Positions 10,454 to 21,038 of a DNA stretch of 64,000 nt are shown in pieces. The stretch is from a bacterium (lineage in GTDB: Bacteria; Zhuqueibacterota; Zhuqueibacteria; Zhuqueibacterales; Zhuqueibacteraceae): positions 1-64,000 of the forward strand of contig JBIOXB010000143.1 of assembly GCA_044869275.1 (NCBI GenBank), given 5' to 3'. A program made the translations under genes and the position numbers. Under the pieces are notes generated by a model that was given only the letters and a program-made list of their open reading frames with translations, was not told the origin of the DNA and did no database searches. Each line of letters starts with the position of its first letter. The first letter of the stretch is position 1.

Positions 10454-11434
10454 ATGGAGAATTTGACGGTCGGCACGTTGTACAATCAGACGCAGACCTT
10501 GCTGTCGTTGGAGATCGTCAACGGCACTTACAGCTTTCGCAAAATCATCAAAGAAGGCGAGCTGCATCGTCCGGGGTTGGCGCTTTCCGGCTTCACCAAA
10601 GTTTTCACCTACGAACGCGTGCAGATTCTGGGCAACACCGAGCTGCGCTATCTTGAAGAGATGACGCCGGAAGAGCGCCTGCAAGCGCTCAAGCCCGTGC
10701 TCAATTTCGACATGCCATGCATGATCGTCACGGACAACAACAAAGTGCCGCCGGAGCTGGTGGAGCTGGCCAACAAGCGCGGCATCACCATTTTCCGCAG
10801 CTCGCAGCACACCACCGTGGTCACACATTTGTTGAGCGAATATCTCGACGAAAAGTTCGCGCCGAAGATCACGGTGCACGGCTCGCTGGTGGATGTGCAC
10901 GGCATCGGCATTCTGTTCACGGGCCGCAGCGGCATCGGCAAAAGCGAAATCGCGCTCGATTTGATCGAGCGCGGCCATCGCCTGGTGGCGGATGACGTGG
11001 TCGTGATCAGCCGTAAAGCCGCTGGTATTCTGCTCGGCCAGGGCACGGAGATGCTGCAAAATCACATGGAAATTCGCGGCCTGGGCATCATCGACGTGCG
11101 CTCCATGTTCGGCATTCGCGCGGTGCGCGCGCAAAAGCGCATCGAGGTGGAGGTGCACCTCGAAGAATGGGACAGCAAGGAAGATTACGAGCGCGTCGGT
11201 TTGGTCGAAACGAACACTAAAATTCTCGAAGTGGAAATTCCCTACGTGAAATTGCCGATTTTCCCGGGCAAGAACATTACCGTGATCGCCGAAGTTGTCG
11301 CGCTCAATCAATTGCTCAAAATCGCCGGCGTACACCCGGCGCGCTCCTTCAACGAGCGCCTGGTGCGCAAGATCCAGGAGAGCACGGAGGATCATTTGGA
11401 ATTGGAGAGGTATTTGCAGAGGGATTTTGAGTGA
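10454..11434 (+). CDS. hprK: HPr(Ser) kinase/phosphorylase
   Basis: HRPGLALSG, GRSGIGKSE, GHRLVADD and MEIRGLGIIDV motifs. Confidence 0.97.
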   Translation: MENLTVGTLYNQTQTLLSLEIVNGTYSFRKIIKEGELHRPGLALSGFTKVFTYERVQILGNTELRYLEEMTPEERLQALKPVLNFDMPCMIVTDNNKVPPELVELANKRGITIFRSSQHTTVVTHLLSEYLDEKFAPKITVHGSLVDVHGIGILFTGRSGIGKSEIALDLIERGHRLVADDVVVISRKAAGILLGQGTEMLQNHMEIRGLGIIDVRSMFGIRAVRAQKRIEVEVHLEEWDSKEDYERVGLVETNTKILEVEIPYVKLPIFPGKNITVIAEVVALNQLLKIAGVHPARSFNERLVRKIQESTEDHLELERYLQRDFE

Positions 11435-11653
11435 AGCAACTGAATCGGTTGCAGATTGGAGCCCGAGGTGCAGAAGTATCTTCCCAATTGACTATCTCCG
11501 CAAACTTGCCTACTTTCAACCAATAAATTCGCTGAAAACTTTACCCCGTTTTGTAGTTGCGCTCTCTGGCGCTGGGTGGATCACTCACAAAGCTCTCCAG
11601 GCCACGACTACAAAATTGTCGCGGGGTACTTCATGCTTTTGCCCAGGGAGAAA

Positions 11654-13228
11654 ATGCCGGAAACGCGCAACAAAATTCTGTGGGTGGATGACGAAATCGA
11701 GCTGCTGCGGCCGCACATTCTGTTCTTGCAGGAAAAAGGCTATACGGTACAGCCGGTGACGAACGCCGACGACGCTGTTACCTTGATCCGGGAGCAACAA
11801 TTCGACCTGGTTCTGCTGGATGAAAGCATGCCCGGCAAAGATGGCCTGACGGCGCTGGCTGAGATCAAGGAAATCAACCCGGCGCTGCCCATCGTCATGG
11901 TGACGAAGAACGAGGAGGAGCGCCTGATGGAAGAGGCCATTGGCAGCCGCATTGACGACTACCTCACCAAGCCCGTCAATCCGAGCCAGATTCTTTCGAC
12001 CTGCAAAAAAATCCTCGACCGCCGCAAAATCACCGGCGCGCGCGTGTCGCGCGATTACATCGCCGAGTTTAACAAAATTTCGCGCAAGCTTTTCGAGCCG
12101 CTGTCGTGGCAGGATTGGATCGACATCTACATTCCGCTGGCGGAATGGGAGGTGGAACTCGACCGCCACGCTGATCTTGGCCTGCGCCAAACTTTGGCCG
12201 ATCAGAAACGCGAATGCAATGCCGCGTTCGGAAAATTCATCGAACAGAATTATCCCCGCTGGCTGAGCGGCAAGGAGGCGCCGGCGCTTTCGCCGGAGAT
12301 CGTGCAAAAACACGTGGCGCCGCTGTTGCGCCAGGGCAAACGCGTGGTCTTCCTGGTGATCGACAATTTGCGCCTCGACCAGTGGTTCACCATAGAGCCA
12401 TTACTGCGCGCCTCGTTTTCCATCGAGCGTGAGTACTACTACTCCATTTTGCCGACGGCCACGCCCTATGCGCGCAATGCGATTTTCGCCGGCATGTTTC
12501 CGCGCGAGATTGAAAAAGAGTTTCCGAGCTTGTGGGTGTTGGAAAAAGACGATGACAGCAGCCTCAATCGCCACGAGCGCGAGTTTTTGGAAGCGCAGCT
12601 CGCGCGCTTGCAAGTGTCGCTCAAGCCGGAATTGAAATACCTTAAAATCATCGATCATAACGAAGCGCGTGCGGTGGAGAAACAAATCGGCTCCTATGCC
12701 GACCTGCCGCTACTGGCCCTGGTGGTGAATTTTGTCGATATGCTCGCGCACAGCCGCAGCGATTCCGAAGTGTTGCGCGAAATCACACCGGACGAGTCGG
12801 CCTATCGCTCGCTGACCAAGTCTTGGTTCGAGCATTCCTGGCTGTATCGCGTGCTGCAGCAGCTGGCGGCGCGCGACAATGTGATTATCATCACTTCCGA
12901 TCACGGCAGCATTCGCGGCTTGCGGGGCGCACGGGTGATCGGCGATCGCGAGACTTCCACGAATTTGCGCTACAAATTCGGCCGCAGCTTGAAGGCGGAC
13001 CCGAAGCAGGCGATCATCGTCAATGATCCCAAAACTTATCAACTGCCGAGCTTCGGCATCAACACCAATTATCTGTTTGCGAAAGAAGATTTTTACTTCG
13101 TCTATCCGACGAATTACCACTATTATCTCAATTACTATCGCGACAGTTTGCAGCATGGCGGCGTCTCCATGGAAGAAATAATCCTGCCGGTCGTGCGTTT
13201 GGAATCTTTGCGGGCGCGCGGCAGATGA
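11654..13228 (+). CDS. porX: PorX-like response regulator (REC + PglZ/alkaline-phosphatase domain)
   Basis: [14 protein letters not shown] receiver; [33 protein letters not shown] and QHGGVSMEE. Confidence 0.9.
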   Translation: MPETRNKILWVDDEIELLRPHILFLQEKGYTVQPVTNADDAVTLIREQQFDLVLLDESMPGKDGLTALAEIKEINPALPIVMVTKNEEERLMEEAIGSRIDDYLTKPVNPSQILSTCKKILDRRKITGARVSRDYIAEFNKISRKLFEPLSWQDWIDIYIPLAEWEVELDRHADLGLRQTLADQKRECNAAFGKFIEQNYPRWLSGKEAPALSPEIVQKHVAPLLRQGKRVVFLVIDNLRLDQWFTIEPLLRASFSIEREYYYSILPTATPYARNAIFAGMFPREIEKEFPSLWVLEKDDDSSLNRHEREFLEAQLARLQVSLKPELKYLKIIDHNEARAVEKQIGSYADLPLLALVVNFVDMLAHSRSDSEVLREITPDESAYRSLTKSWFEHSWLYRVLQQLAARDNVIIITSDHGSIRGLRGARVIGDRETSTNLRYKFGRSLKADPKQAIIVNDPKTYQLPSFGINTNYLFAKEDFYFVYPTNYHYYLNYYRDSLQHGGVSMEEIILPVVRLESLRARGR

Positions 13229-13719
13229 ATGCCGCGCCGGTCAAATCCTCGGAGTTGCGTGAAGCCTTGCGCGGGGAAAGAGCCCTGCACTTGCGTTCGG
13301 AGTCGCCCGAAGAAACACGCGGTCTGGCGTCGAAGCTGGCGAGGTTGCTGACCGGAGGCGATCTCGTGCTTTTGTTTGGCGATCTCGGCGCCGGCAAAAC
13401 CACTTTTGTGCAGGGACTCTGCGCCGCGCTCGGGGTGCAGGATAAAATCACCAGCCCGACCTTCACCCTCATGCACATTTATCACAGCGCCGCGCTCACG
13501 ATTTATCATTTCGATTTTTATCGCCTGCAAACCGTGGAGCAGATCGTCGCGCTTGGTGTCCAGGAGTATTTCGAAGGCGAGGGGATCTGTGTGATCGAAT
13601 GGCCGGAGCGCGCGTTGCCGCTGCTGCCGCCGCGCGCCGTGCGCGTGCAATTATCGCTGCCGGATTCTACCGATCAGCCCCGCACTCGCTTCATTGAAAT
13701 CGCACGGCACGCCGCATGA
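13225..13719 (+). CDS. tsaE: tRNA t6A biosynthesis ATPase TsaE
   Basis: [23 protein letters not shown] and IEWP motifs. Confidence 0.96.
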   Translation: MNAAPVKSSELREALRGERALHLRSESPEETRGLASKLARLLTGGDLVLLFGDLGAGKTTFVQGLCAALGVQDKITSPTFTLMHIYHSAALTIYHFDFYRLQTVEQIVALGVQEYFEGEGICVIEWPERALPLLPPRAVRVQLSLPDSTDQPRTRFIEIARHAA

Positions 13720-14432
13720 TTTTGGGAATCGAGACCGCGACACCGGTTTGCAGCGTGGGAATGGCGGAGGGCGATCGCCTGCTCGCGGAAATCAATTTCG
13801 ACATCAAAAACTTGCACGATCGCGTGCTGGCCGAAGCCATCCAGCACCTGCTGCGCTGGAGCAGCACCAGCTTGTCGAAAATTCTGGCGATCGCAGTTTC
13901 CGCCGGGCCAGGTTCCTTTACGGGGCTGCGCATCGGCATGAGCGTGGCGAAAGGGCTGGCCTTCGCCCAGAACAAGCCGGTCATCGCGGTGAATACCCTC
14001 TTGTTGCAGGCGGCGGCGGCGGCAAGCCATGCGCAGGCATTCGCGCGAGGCCGTGGCCTCGATTATTCCGCCGTGCGCATTGTGCCCGTCATCCATTCGC
14101 GGCGTGGCGAGGTATATACGGCGACCTATACCGCGAAGGCATCGTTGCCGGAGCTCATGGAAGCTGAAAAAGTGACGGCGGCTTCGAACCTGGTGCATGC
14201 ACTCAGCGGCCTGTCTGTATTGTGCGGCAGTGGCGTCGCGGCTTTGCGCGAAGCGGGTTTGCATGAAAACGCAGAGCATACTCTTGCACTTTCCGAATAT
14301 GAGGCGCCTCTGCGCGGCGGCTTGGTGGCGCGAGTGGGTGCCCTCAAGTACCAGCGCGGCGAGATCACGAACGCCAATGCCCTCGAGCCGTTTTACGTGC
14401 AAGCATTCGTGACCGGGGAGAAGGGCAAATGA
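13716..14432 (+). CDS. tsaB: tRNA t6A biosynthesis protein TsaB
   Basis: ILGIETAT and GPGSFTGLRIG motifs. Confidence 0.95.
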   Translation: MILGIETATPVCSVGMAEGDRLLAEINFDIKNLHDRVLAEAIQHLLRWSSTSLSKILAIAVSAGPGSFTGLRIGMSVAKGLAFAQNKPVIAVNTLLLQAAAAASHAQAFARGRGLDYSAVRIVPVIHSRRGEVYTATYTAKASLPELMEAEKVTAASNLVHALSGLSVLCGSGVAALREAGLHENAEHTLALSEYEAPLRGGLVARVGALKYQRGEITNANALEPFYVQAFVTGEKGK

Positions 14433-14950
14433 ACCGGATGGCCTCCGTTGCGCCTCCCCCCGCGCAGCATGTTGAAATCACATTACCCGGCGGCTTCTTT
14501 TTGCGCGCGATGCAAATGGAAGATCTGCCTCAAGTCGCCGCCCTTGAAACGCAGAGCCAGCGCGATCCCTGGCCGCAACAATCTTTTCGCGCGGAGCTGG
14601 AGAACCCCAGAGTGTCGCGGCCCATGGTCATGGTGCGAAAAACTGAAATTGCTGGCTTCATCGTTCCCTGGTTCATAGAAGACGAAGTGCAGATCGCGAA
14701 TATTGCGGTCAAAGCGAACTACCGCCGGCAGGGCTTGGGAAGTGTCATGCTCTCGCAAATAATTCACTGGGCGCAGCGGTGCCAATGTCGCGCAGCTTTC
14801 TTGGAGGTGCGCCGATCGAACCTGGCCGCGCGCCGTCTGTATGAAAATTTGGGATTTGTCGAAGACGGATGCCGCCGGCAGTACTATGGACGCGAACAGG
14901 AAGACGCGATTTTGATGAGGAAGAACTTGGCGCCGGAACATAACCATTGA
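14429..14950 (+). CDS. rimI: Ribosomal-protein alanine N-acetyltransferase RimI
   Basis: RRQGLG, FLEVRRSN..A..LYE..GF and YY...EDAILM motifs; follows tsaB. Confidence 0.9.
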   Translation: MNRMASVAPPPAQHVEITLPGGFFLRAMQMEDLPQVAALETQSQRDPWPQQSFRAELENPRVSRPMVMVRKTEIAGFIVPWFIEDEVQIANIAVKANYRRQGLGSVMLSQIIHWAQRCQCRAAFLEVRRSNLAARRLYENLGFVEDGCRRQYYGREQEDAILMRKNLAPEHNH

Positions 14951-14964
14951 CCAAAGAGGGAGCT

Positions 14965-15903
14965 ATGGACTGGTTTAAGCGCGCGACCCAAGGCTTGGTT
15001 TCGCAAAAAAAGAAAGACATGCCCGATCTCTGGATCAAATGCACCTCGTGCAGCGAAATACTGTACAAGCCGGACTTCGAAAAAAATTTTTCCGTGTGCA
15101 TGAAATGCGGCTATCATTTTCGCGTATCCGCGCGCACCTACATTCGTTTCCTGCTGGATGACAACAGCTTTCAGGAAACCAACGCCAATATCGCACCGAT
15201 CGATATTCTGAAATTCAAAGGCACCAAACGCTACGCGGATCAGCTCAAGGACGCCGCGCGCAAATCCGGCGGCCACGACGCGGCAATTACCGGCGTCGGC
15301 CAGCTCGCCAACCGCCGCCTCGTGATCGCGGTAATGGATTTCAGCTTTATCGGCGGCAGCATGGGCTCGGTGGTGGGCGAAAAAATCGCCCTGAGCTGCG
15401 ACGCGGCATTGCAGCACGGTGCCCCGTTGATCATCATCAGCGCTTCCGGCGGGGCACGCATGATGGAGGGCGCACTCTCGCTCATGCAGATGGCGAAAAC
15501 CTCCGCACGGCTGGCACGTCTCGCCGACGCGGGATTGCCTTACATTTCGATTCTCACCCATCCCACCACCGGCGGCGTCACCGCAAGCTACGCCATGCTG
15601 GGCGATGTGATCATTGCCGAGCCGGGCGCTTTGATCGGTTTTGCCGGCCCGCGCGTCATCAAGCAAACCATCGGGCAGGATTTGCCGGAGGGCTTCCAAA
15701 CGGCGGAGTTTCTGCTCAAGCACGGCTTTGTCGATCTCATCAGCCCGCGGCCGCAATTGCGCGCACAGCTCGAAAAGATCTTCGGTGTCTTCATGCCGGA
15801 CGCCGCTGGCAGCGAGGCCAGCAACGGTATGATGCGCGAAGCGGAAGTACAACTCGGCGCGCGCATCAATTCCACGCTGCCACAAGGAACTGAGCTGTCA
15901 TGA
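14965..15903 (+). CDS. accD: Acetyl-CoA carboxylase carboxyltransferase beta subunit
   Basis: LWIKCxxC...CxxC zinc finger, GGSMGSVVGEK, SGGARM and GFAGPRVI. Confidence 0.97.
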   Translation: MDWFKRATQGLVSQKKKDMPDLWIKCTSCSEILYKPDFEKNFSVCMKCGYHFRVSARTYIRFLLDDNSFQETNANIAPIDILKFKGTKRYADQLKDAARKSGGHDAAITGVGQLANRRLVIAVMDFSFIGGSMGSVVGEKIALSCDAALQHGAPLIIISASGGARMMEGALSLMQMAKTSARLARLADAGLPYISILTHPTTGGVTASYAMLGDVIIAEPGALIGFAGPRVIKQTIGQDLPEGFQTAEFLLKHGFVDLISPRPQLRAQLEKIFGVFMPDAAGSEASNGMMREAEVQLGARINSTLPQGTELS

Positions 15904-16667
15904 AGAAACCGCACATTCTGCTCACCAATGACGACGGCATTTTTGCGCCGGGCCTCTATGCGCTTTATCTCGCCCTGCGCGATCTGGCCGAGGTCACGGT
16001 GGTTGCGCCGGACAGCGAGAAAAGCGCGGTCGGACACGCGATCACGATTTCGGATCCCTTGCGCGTCACCGACTTTGAAAAAAACGGCGAGTTTTTCGGG
16101 CACGCCGTCAAGGGCACGCCCTCAGATTGCGTGAAGCTGGCGTATTTCGCCCTGTTGCCACAGAAGCCGGACATGGTCGTTTCCGGCATCAATTACGGCT
16201 CGAATACCGGCATCAACGTGATCTATTCCGGCACGGTCTCCGCCGCGACCGAGGGCACCATTCTGGGCCTGCCTTCATTCGCGATTTCCCTGGCAACTTT
16301 CAAAGACGCCGATTTCGCCTATGCGGCGAAATTTGCCGCCGCTTTGACGAAAAAGATTTTGGAAGAGGGACTGCCCCACGGCATGTTTTTGAACGTGAAT
16401 GTCCCCAACGTGCCCGAACCGCAGATTCGCGGCGTGGCGATCACGCGCATGGGCAATGCCATGTACGACGACAAATACGACAAGCGCATCGATCCGCGCA
16501 ACCGCGTCTACTATTGGCTCACCGGTTCCAAAGTTGAATTGAACGAAGGCCTCGAAACCGACGACGGCGCCATCGAGCAAAACCAAGTCAGCGTCACGCC
16601 CTTGCATTTCGATTTGACCAAATATGACTTTTTGCAGAATTTGAAAAACTGGCAGTTGCAAAAGTGA
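15900..16667 (+). CDS. surE: 5'/3'-nucleotidase SurE
   Basis: ILLTNDDG, GTPSDCV, SGINYG.N and YSGTVSAA motifs. Confidence 0.97.
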   Translation: MKKPHILLTNDDGIFAPGLYALYLALRDLAEVTVVAPDSEKSAVGHAITISDPLRVTDFEKNGEFFGHAVKGTPSDCVKLAYFALLPQKPDMVVSGINYGSNTGINVIYSGTVSAATEGTILGLPSFAISLATFKDADFAYAAKFAAALTKKILEEGLPHGMFLNVNVPNVPEPQIRGVAITRMGNAMYDDKYDKRIDPRNRVYYWLTGSKVELNEGLETDDGAIEQNQVSVTPLHFDLTKYDFLQNLKNWQLQK

Positions 16668-18208
16668 AGATACACGACTTGATCCTCATCCTCGATTTTG
16701 GCTCGCAATATACCCAACTAATCGCCCGCCGCATCCGCGAGCTCGGTGTTTATTCCGAAATCAAATCCGCCTACACGCCTTTCGACGAGATTGCTGCACT
16801 GCAGCCCGCCGGCATCGTGCTCTCCGGCGGCCCGCGCTCGGTTTACGAAGAGCGAGCGCCGTCGGCGGACAAGCGGCTGTTCGAGCTGGGGATTCCCGTG
16901 CTCGGGCTTTGTTACGGCCAGCAGTTGATCGCGCATTTGCTCGGCGGCAAAGTGCAGGCGACAACAGAGCGCGAATACGGCCTGGCGGAAATGGAAATTG
17001 TGCAGCAGGACGCGATTTTCCAGGGCGTGGAGGCGCACACACGCGTGTGGATGAGCCACGGCGATGCCGTGATCGCCATGCCCACCGGGTTCGTGGCCCT
17101 GGCCCAAACCTCCAACGCGCCGCTTGCCGCCTTCGGAAACCTTGAACAAAGCATCTACGGCTTGCAGTTTCATCCGGAGGTGACCCACACCGCGCAAGGC
17201 ACGCAGGTTTTGAAGAACTTTGTGTTCAATGTTTGCCATTGCCGGGCGACGTGGTCGCCGAAAAATCTGATCGCATGGACGGTGCAAGCGTTGCGCGAAC
17301 GCATTGGGCAAGAACACGTGCTCTGTGCATTATCCGGCGGTGTGGATTCGGCGGTGGCCGCCGCCTTGGTGCATCGCGCCATCGGCAGGCAATTGCATTG
17401 TGTGTTCGTCGATCATGGTCTGCTTCGCAAAAACGAGGCGGCACAAGTGCGCGCGACCTTCTCGCAATACTTTGGCGAGGCATTTCATGGTGTTGATGCT
17501 TCCGGGATTTTCTTGCAGCGCCTGTGCGGCGTGATCGACCCCGAGCAAAAGAGAAAAATCATCGGCGAGCAATTCATTCGCGTATTCGAAGCCGAGGCGC
17601 GGCGGCTGGCAGGCATTCGCTTTCTCGTGCAAGGAACCTTGTATCCCGATGTGATCGAAAGCTTTTCGCCGCGCGGCGGCCCGTCCGTGACCATCAAGAC
17701 GCATCACAACGTCGGCGGCTTGCCCGCCGATCTCGGCCTGGAATTAATCGAGCCTTTGCGCGATTTGTTCAAAGACGAAGTCCGCAGCCTGGGCCGCGAA
17801 CTGGGGCTGGACGAAAGCATTATTGGCCGCCACCCTTTTCCCGGGCCCGGATTGGCAGTGCGCATTCTCGGCGAAATCACGCCGGAACGATTGACGATCT
17901 TGCGCGAAGCCGATGAGATTTTTATCAGTGAATTGCGCGCCTCCGGTTGGTACGATCAAACGTGGCAGGCATTTGCGGTTTTATTGCCCATTCAGTCCGT
18001 TGGCGTCATGGGCGATTATCGCACGTATGAAATGGCGATTGCTTTGCGCGCCGTCTCCTCGGTGGACGGCATGACCGCCGCGTGGGTGCATTTGCCGCAT
18101 GATTTGCTGGGGAAAGTTTCCTCACGCATTACCAATGAGGTACGAGGCATCAACCGCGTTGTGTATGATATCAGCAACAAGCCGCCGAGCACGATCGAAT
18201 GGGAGTAA
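16664..18208 (+). CDS. guaA: GMP synthase (glutamine-hydrolysing)
   Basis: DFGSQYTQLI, GLCYG, QFHPEV, SGGVDS and KPPSTIEWE; GTG start. Confidence 0.98.
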   Translation: MKIHDLILILDFGSQYTQLIARRIRELGVYSEIKSAYTPFDEIAALQPAGIVLSGGPRSVYEERAPSADKRLFELGIPVLGLCYGQQLIAHLLGGKVQATTEREYGLAEMEIVQQDAIFQGVEAHTRVWMSHGDAVIAMPTGFVALAQTSNAPLAAFGNLEQSIYGLQFHPEVTHTAQGTQVLKNFVFNVCHCRATWSPKNLIAWTVQALRERIGQEHVLCALSGGVDSAVAAALVHRAIGRQLHCVFVDHGLLRKNEAAQVRATFSQYFGEAFHGVDASGIFLQRLCGVIDPEQKRKIIGEQFIRVFEAEARRLAGIRFLVQGTLYPDVIESFSPRGGPSVTIKTHHNVGGLPADLGLELIEPLRDLFKDEVRSLGRELGLDESIIGRHPFPGPGLAVRILGEITPERLTILREADEIFISELRASGWYDQTWQAFAVLLPIQSVGVMGDYRTYEMAIALRAVSSVDGMTAAWVHLPHDLLGKVSSRITNEVRGINRVVYDISNKPPSTIEWE

Positions 18209-18272
18209 ATCGCCCTGTTTTTGTTCACTTTCCGAGGAAATCAAATTTGAAAAGCGCCACGACAGCTAACGC

Positions 18273-18839
18273 ATGACCGATCTTGCAGAAAAGCTCAACC
18301 TGCCCGAAGACAGCCTCATTCTGTTCGTCCTGGGCCTGGTGATTCTGTTATTTGGGCAAAGATTGGTGATCCTGCTGATCGCGGTCGCGGCATTTTACAT
18401 CACGGCGCAGGCGGCAAAGAAGTACTTCGGTGACGCTTCCCGCACTACGGTGCTGGTCCTTGCTTCGCTGGCGGGTATCGCCACGGGCGTTTTCACGAAA
18501 ATGTTCCGGAATATCGCGATCGGCATTGCGGGCTATACCATCGCCGGATTTGTCTTGTCTTCGCACGCCGGCTCCTGGGGCCTCGTCAAACCCGAGAATG
18601 AGCGTTTCGTGTTCGTCCTGGGCGGCGTGCTCGGCGCTCTGCTCGTTGCTTTTGCGCTGGATGCGGGATTGAGAATCATTTCCTCCATTTTAGGCGCGGT
18701 GTTGGTGGTACAGTATTTTCAGCTCGAGGCTGAGATCAGCAAATGGCTCGCGCTTTTGCTGGCGTTGATCGGTTTTTTCATTCAAGCTGGGCTCATCAAC
18801 GCATTGAAGAAGGGCAAGAAATCTTCTGAAAAAAAATGA
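18273..18839 (+). CDS. Multi-pass membrane protein (DUF4203-like)
   Basis: About 6 hydrophobic Gly-rich segments. Confidence 0.6.
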   Translation: MTDLAEKLNLPEDSLILFVLGLVILLFGQRLVILLIAVAAFYITAQAAKKYFGDASRTTVLVLASLAGIATGVFTKMFRNIAIGIAGYTIAGFVLSSHAGSWGLVKPENERFVFVLGGVLGALLVAFALDAGLRIISSILGAVLVVQYFQLEAEISKWLALLLALIGFFIQAGLINALKKGKKSSEKK

Positions 18840-18983
18840 GCCTGCGCATTTGTGCTCGGCTCGCATACCAGCCTCGCAGAAATGCTGGCACAGTCTTGTC
18901 ACCAGCACATACCAGTTCACCAGGCGAGGTTTCGCGCCAACGTGTCCCGGCGTGGACACTGCGGGCTGGCCTGGTATTTTAGC

Positions 18984-19013
18984 TTGCTTTTATTATGGCC
19001 GCTTTGTTATTTT
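18984..19013 (+). promoter_or_regulatory. Putative sigma70 promoter of glmS
   Basis: TTGCTT about 18 nt before TATTTT, ~190 nt upstream of the ATG. Confidence 0.4.
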
Positions 19014-19205
19014 AGCGCCCGAAGTGTCCCCGGTGTGCGCTTGGTTTGAATGTGCGCGCGGCGAGACCTGCGCGAAGACTGTCAATCATCATTTTCTAGG
19101 ATACCGAACCGTTCAGGATATCAAACTGGGTTCCACCCGTTTTTACTGAGATGACAACCGTCTCGCAATTCTGATTTATCTCATCCGTCAGCAGAAGGAG
19201 CTCCC

Positions 19206-21038
19206 ATGTGCGGCATTGTAGGGTATGTCGGTGCGAAACCCATCGTTCCGCTATTACTCGAGGGCCTGAAACGCCTGGAGTACCGCGGTTATGATTCCGC
19301 GGGCATCGCCGTGGTTTCCGAGGGAAGATTGCAAATCGAAAAACAGCCCGGCAAGCTCGTGAATTTGGAAAAACGCATGGCGGGCCTCAAACGCAATGGC
19401 AGCGTCGGCATTGCGCACACGCGCTGGGCCACGCACGGGGTGCCGAACGAAGTCAATGCCCATCCCCACACCGACAGCCACAATCGCATCGCGTTGATTC
19501 ACAACGGGATCATTGAAAACTATGAAGCCATCAAACGCGAGCTTACCAAGAAAGGCCACGAATTTCGCAGCCAGACGGATACCGAAGTGCTGGTGCATTT
19601 GATCGAGGAGTTTCACAAGAGCGGATTGACGTTCGAAGAGGCGGTGCGCGCCGCACTGGCGCAAGTTGAGGGCACTTACGGCATCGCAGTGATTTCATGC
19701 GACCATCCCGGCGTGCTCATTGCCGCGCGGCGCGGCAGCCCGCTGGTGGTGGGCCTGGGTAACAATGAGAATTTCGTCGCTTCCGATGCGGCGCCGATTA
19801 TCGAGCATACCAAGAACGTCACTTATCTCGACGACGGCGAGATGGCCATCGTGCGGGAGGAAGGTATCGAGGTCAAAACCATCGATAATCAGCCCGTCAA
19901 CAAAGTCGTCGAGAAAATCGCGTACGACATCGACCGCATCGAAAAAGGCGGGTTCGATCACTTCATGATGAAAGAAATCATGGAGCAGCCCCAGTCCATC
20001 AATGACGCATTGCGCGGCCGTTTGCTGGCGGAGGAAGGCACGGCGAGATTGGGCGGCATCCGCCATGAAATCGATTCGCTGCTGTATGCCCGGCGCATTC
20101 TCATCACCGCCTGCGGCACCTCCTGGCACGCGGCGCTAATCGGCGAATACATGCTGGAAGAATTCGTGCGCATTCCGGTGGAAATCGAATATGCCAGTGA
20201 GTTTCGCTATCGCGATCCGGTCATTGACCGGGACGTGGTGGTGATCGTGATCAGCCAGTCCGGCGAAACCGCAGACACCTTGGCTGCGCTGCGCGAGGCG
20301 AGACGCAAGGGCGCGAAAGTGTTCGGCATCTGCAATGCCGTAGGCTCGACCATCGCGCGCGAGACCGACGGCGGCGTGTTTCTGCATGCCGGCCCGGAAA
20401 TCGGCGTGGCTTCAACCAAGGCCTTCACTTCGCAATTGACCGTGCTCTCTTTGCTCACGCTGTTGCTGGCGCGCATGCGCAGCATGTCGGCCGGCAAAGG
20501 CCGCGAGATCGTACAGGAGATGCAAGCGTTGCCGAAGAAGATCGAGGCGATCTTGGCGCAGCGCGAGCAGATCAAAAAAATTGCCGAGATCTATTATCAG
20601 GCCAGCAACTTCCTTTATCTTGGCCGCGGCTACAATTTCCCCGTGGCGCTCGAGGGCGCCCTGAAGCTGAAAGAAATCTCTTACATTCACGCCGAGGGCT
20701 ATCCGGCGGCGGAAATGAAGCATGGTCCGATCGCGCTGATCGACGAAAACATGCCGGTGGTGTTCATTGCCACGCAAGATTCCACCTACGACAAAATCGT
20801 CAGCAACATCGAAGAAGTGCGCGCGCGCAAGGGCCGGGTGATTGCCATCGCCACCGAGGGCGACCAGGAAATTCGCAAACGCAGCGATCACGTCATCTAC
20901 ATTCCTCGTACCATCGAAATGCTGACCCCGATTTTAACCATCATTCCTTTGCAGCTCATGGCCTATTACATCGCCATCTTGCGCGGCTGCGACGTAGACC
21001 AACCCCGCAATCTCGCGAAGAGCGTAACCGTCGAATGA
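19206..21038 (+). CDS. glmS: Glutamine--fructose-6-phosphate aminotransferase
   Basis: MCGIVG, HTRWATHG, SQSGETADT and PRNLAKSVTVE. Confidence 0.99.
   Translation: MCGIVGYVGAKPIVPLLLEGLKRLEYRGYDSAGIAVVSEGRLQIEKQPGKLVNLEKRMAGLKRNGSVGIAHTRWATHGVPNEVNAHPHTDSHNRIALIHNGIIENYEAIKRELTKKGHEFRSQTDTEVLVHLIEEFHKSGLTFEEAVRAALAQVEGTYGIAVISCDHPGVLIAARRGSPLVVGLGNNENFVASDAAPIIEHTKNVTYLDDGEMAIVREEGIEVKTIDNQPVNKVVEKIAYDIDRIEKGGFDHFMMKEIMEQPQSINDALRGRLLAEEGTARLGGIRHEIDSLLYARRILITACGTSWHAALIGEYMLEEFVRIPVEIEYASEFRYRDPVIDRDVVVIVISQSGETADTLAALREARRKGAKVFGICNAVGSTIARETDGGVFLHAGPEIGVASTKAFTSQLTVLSLLTLLLARMRSMSAGKGREIVQEMQALPKKIEAILAQREQIKKIAEIYYQASNFLYLGRGYNFPVALEGALKLKEISYIHAEGYPAAEMKHGPIALIDENMPVVFIATQDSTYDKIVSNIEEVRARKGRVIAIATEGDQEIRKRSDHVIYIPRTIEMLTPILTIIPLQLMAYYIAILRGCDVDQPRNLAKSVTVE

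Noticed and set aside
19010..19205. glmS ribozyme upstream of glmS (AGCGCCCGAA matches the ribozyme 5' core)
   Set aside because: The downstream GACGAGG and the P2/P2.2 partner elements are not recognisable, and the match sits right after a -10-like box. An Infernal search with the glmS model would settle it.
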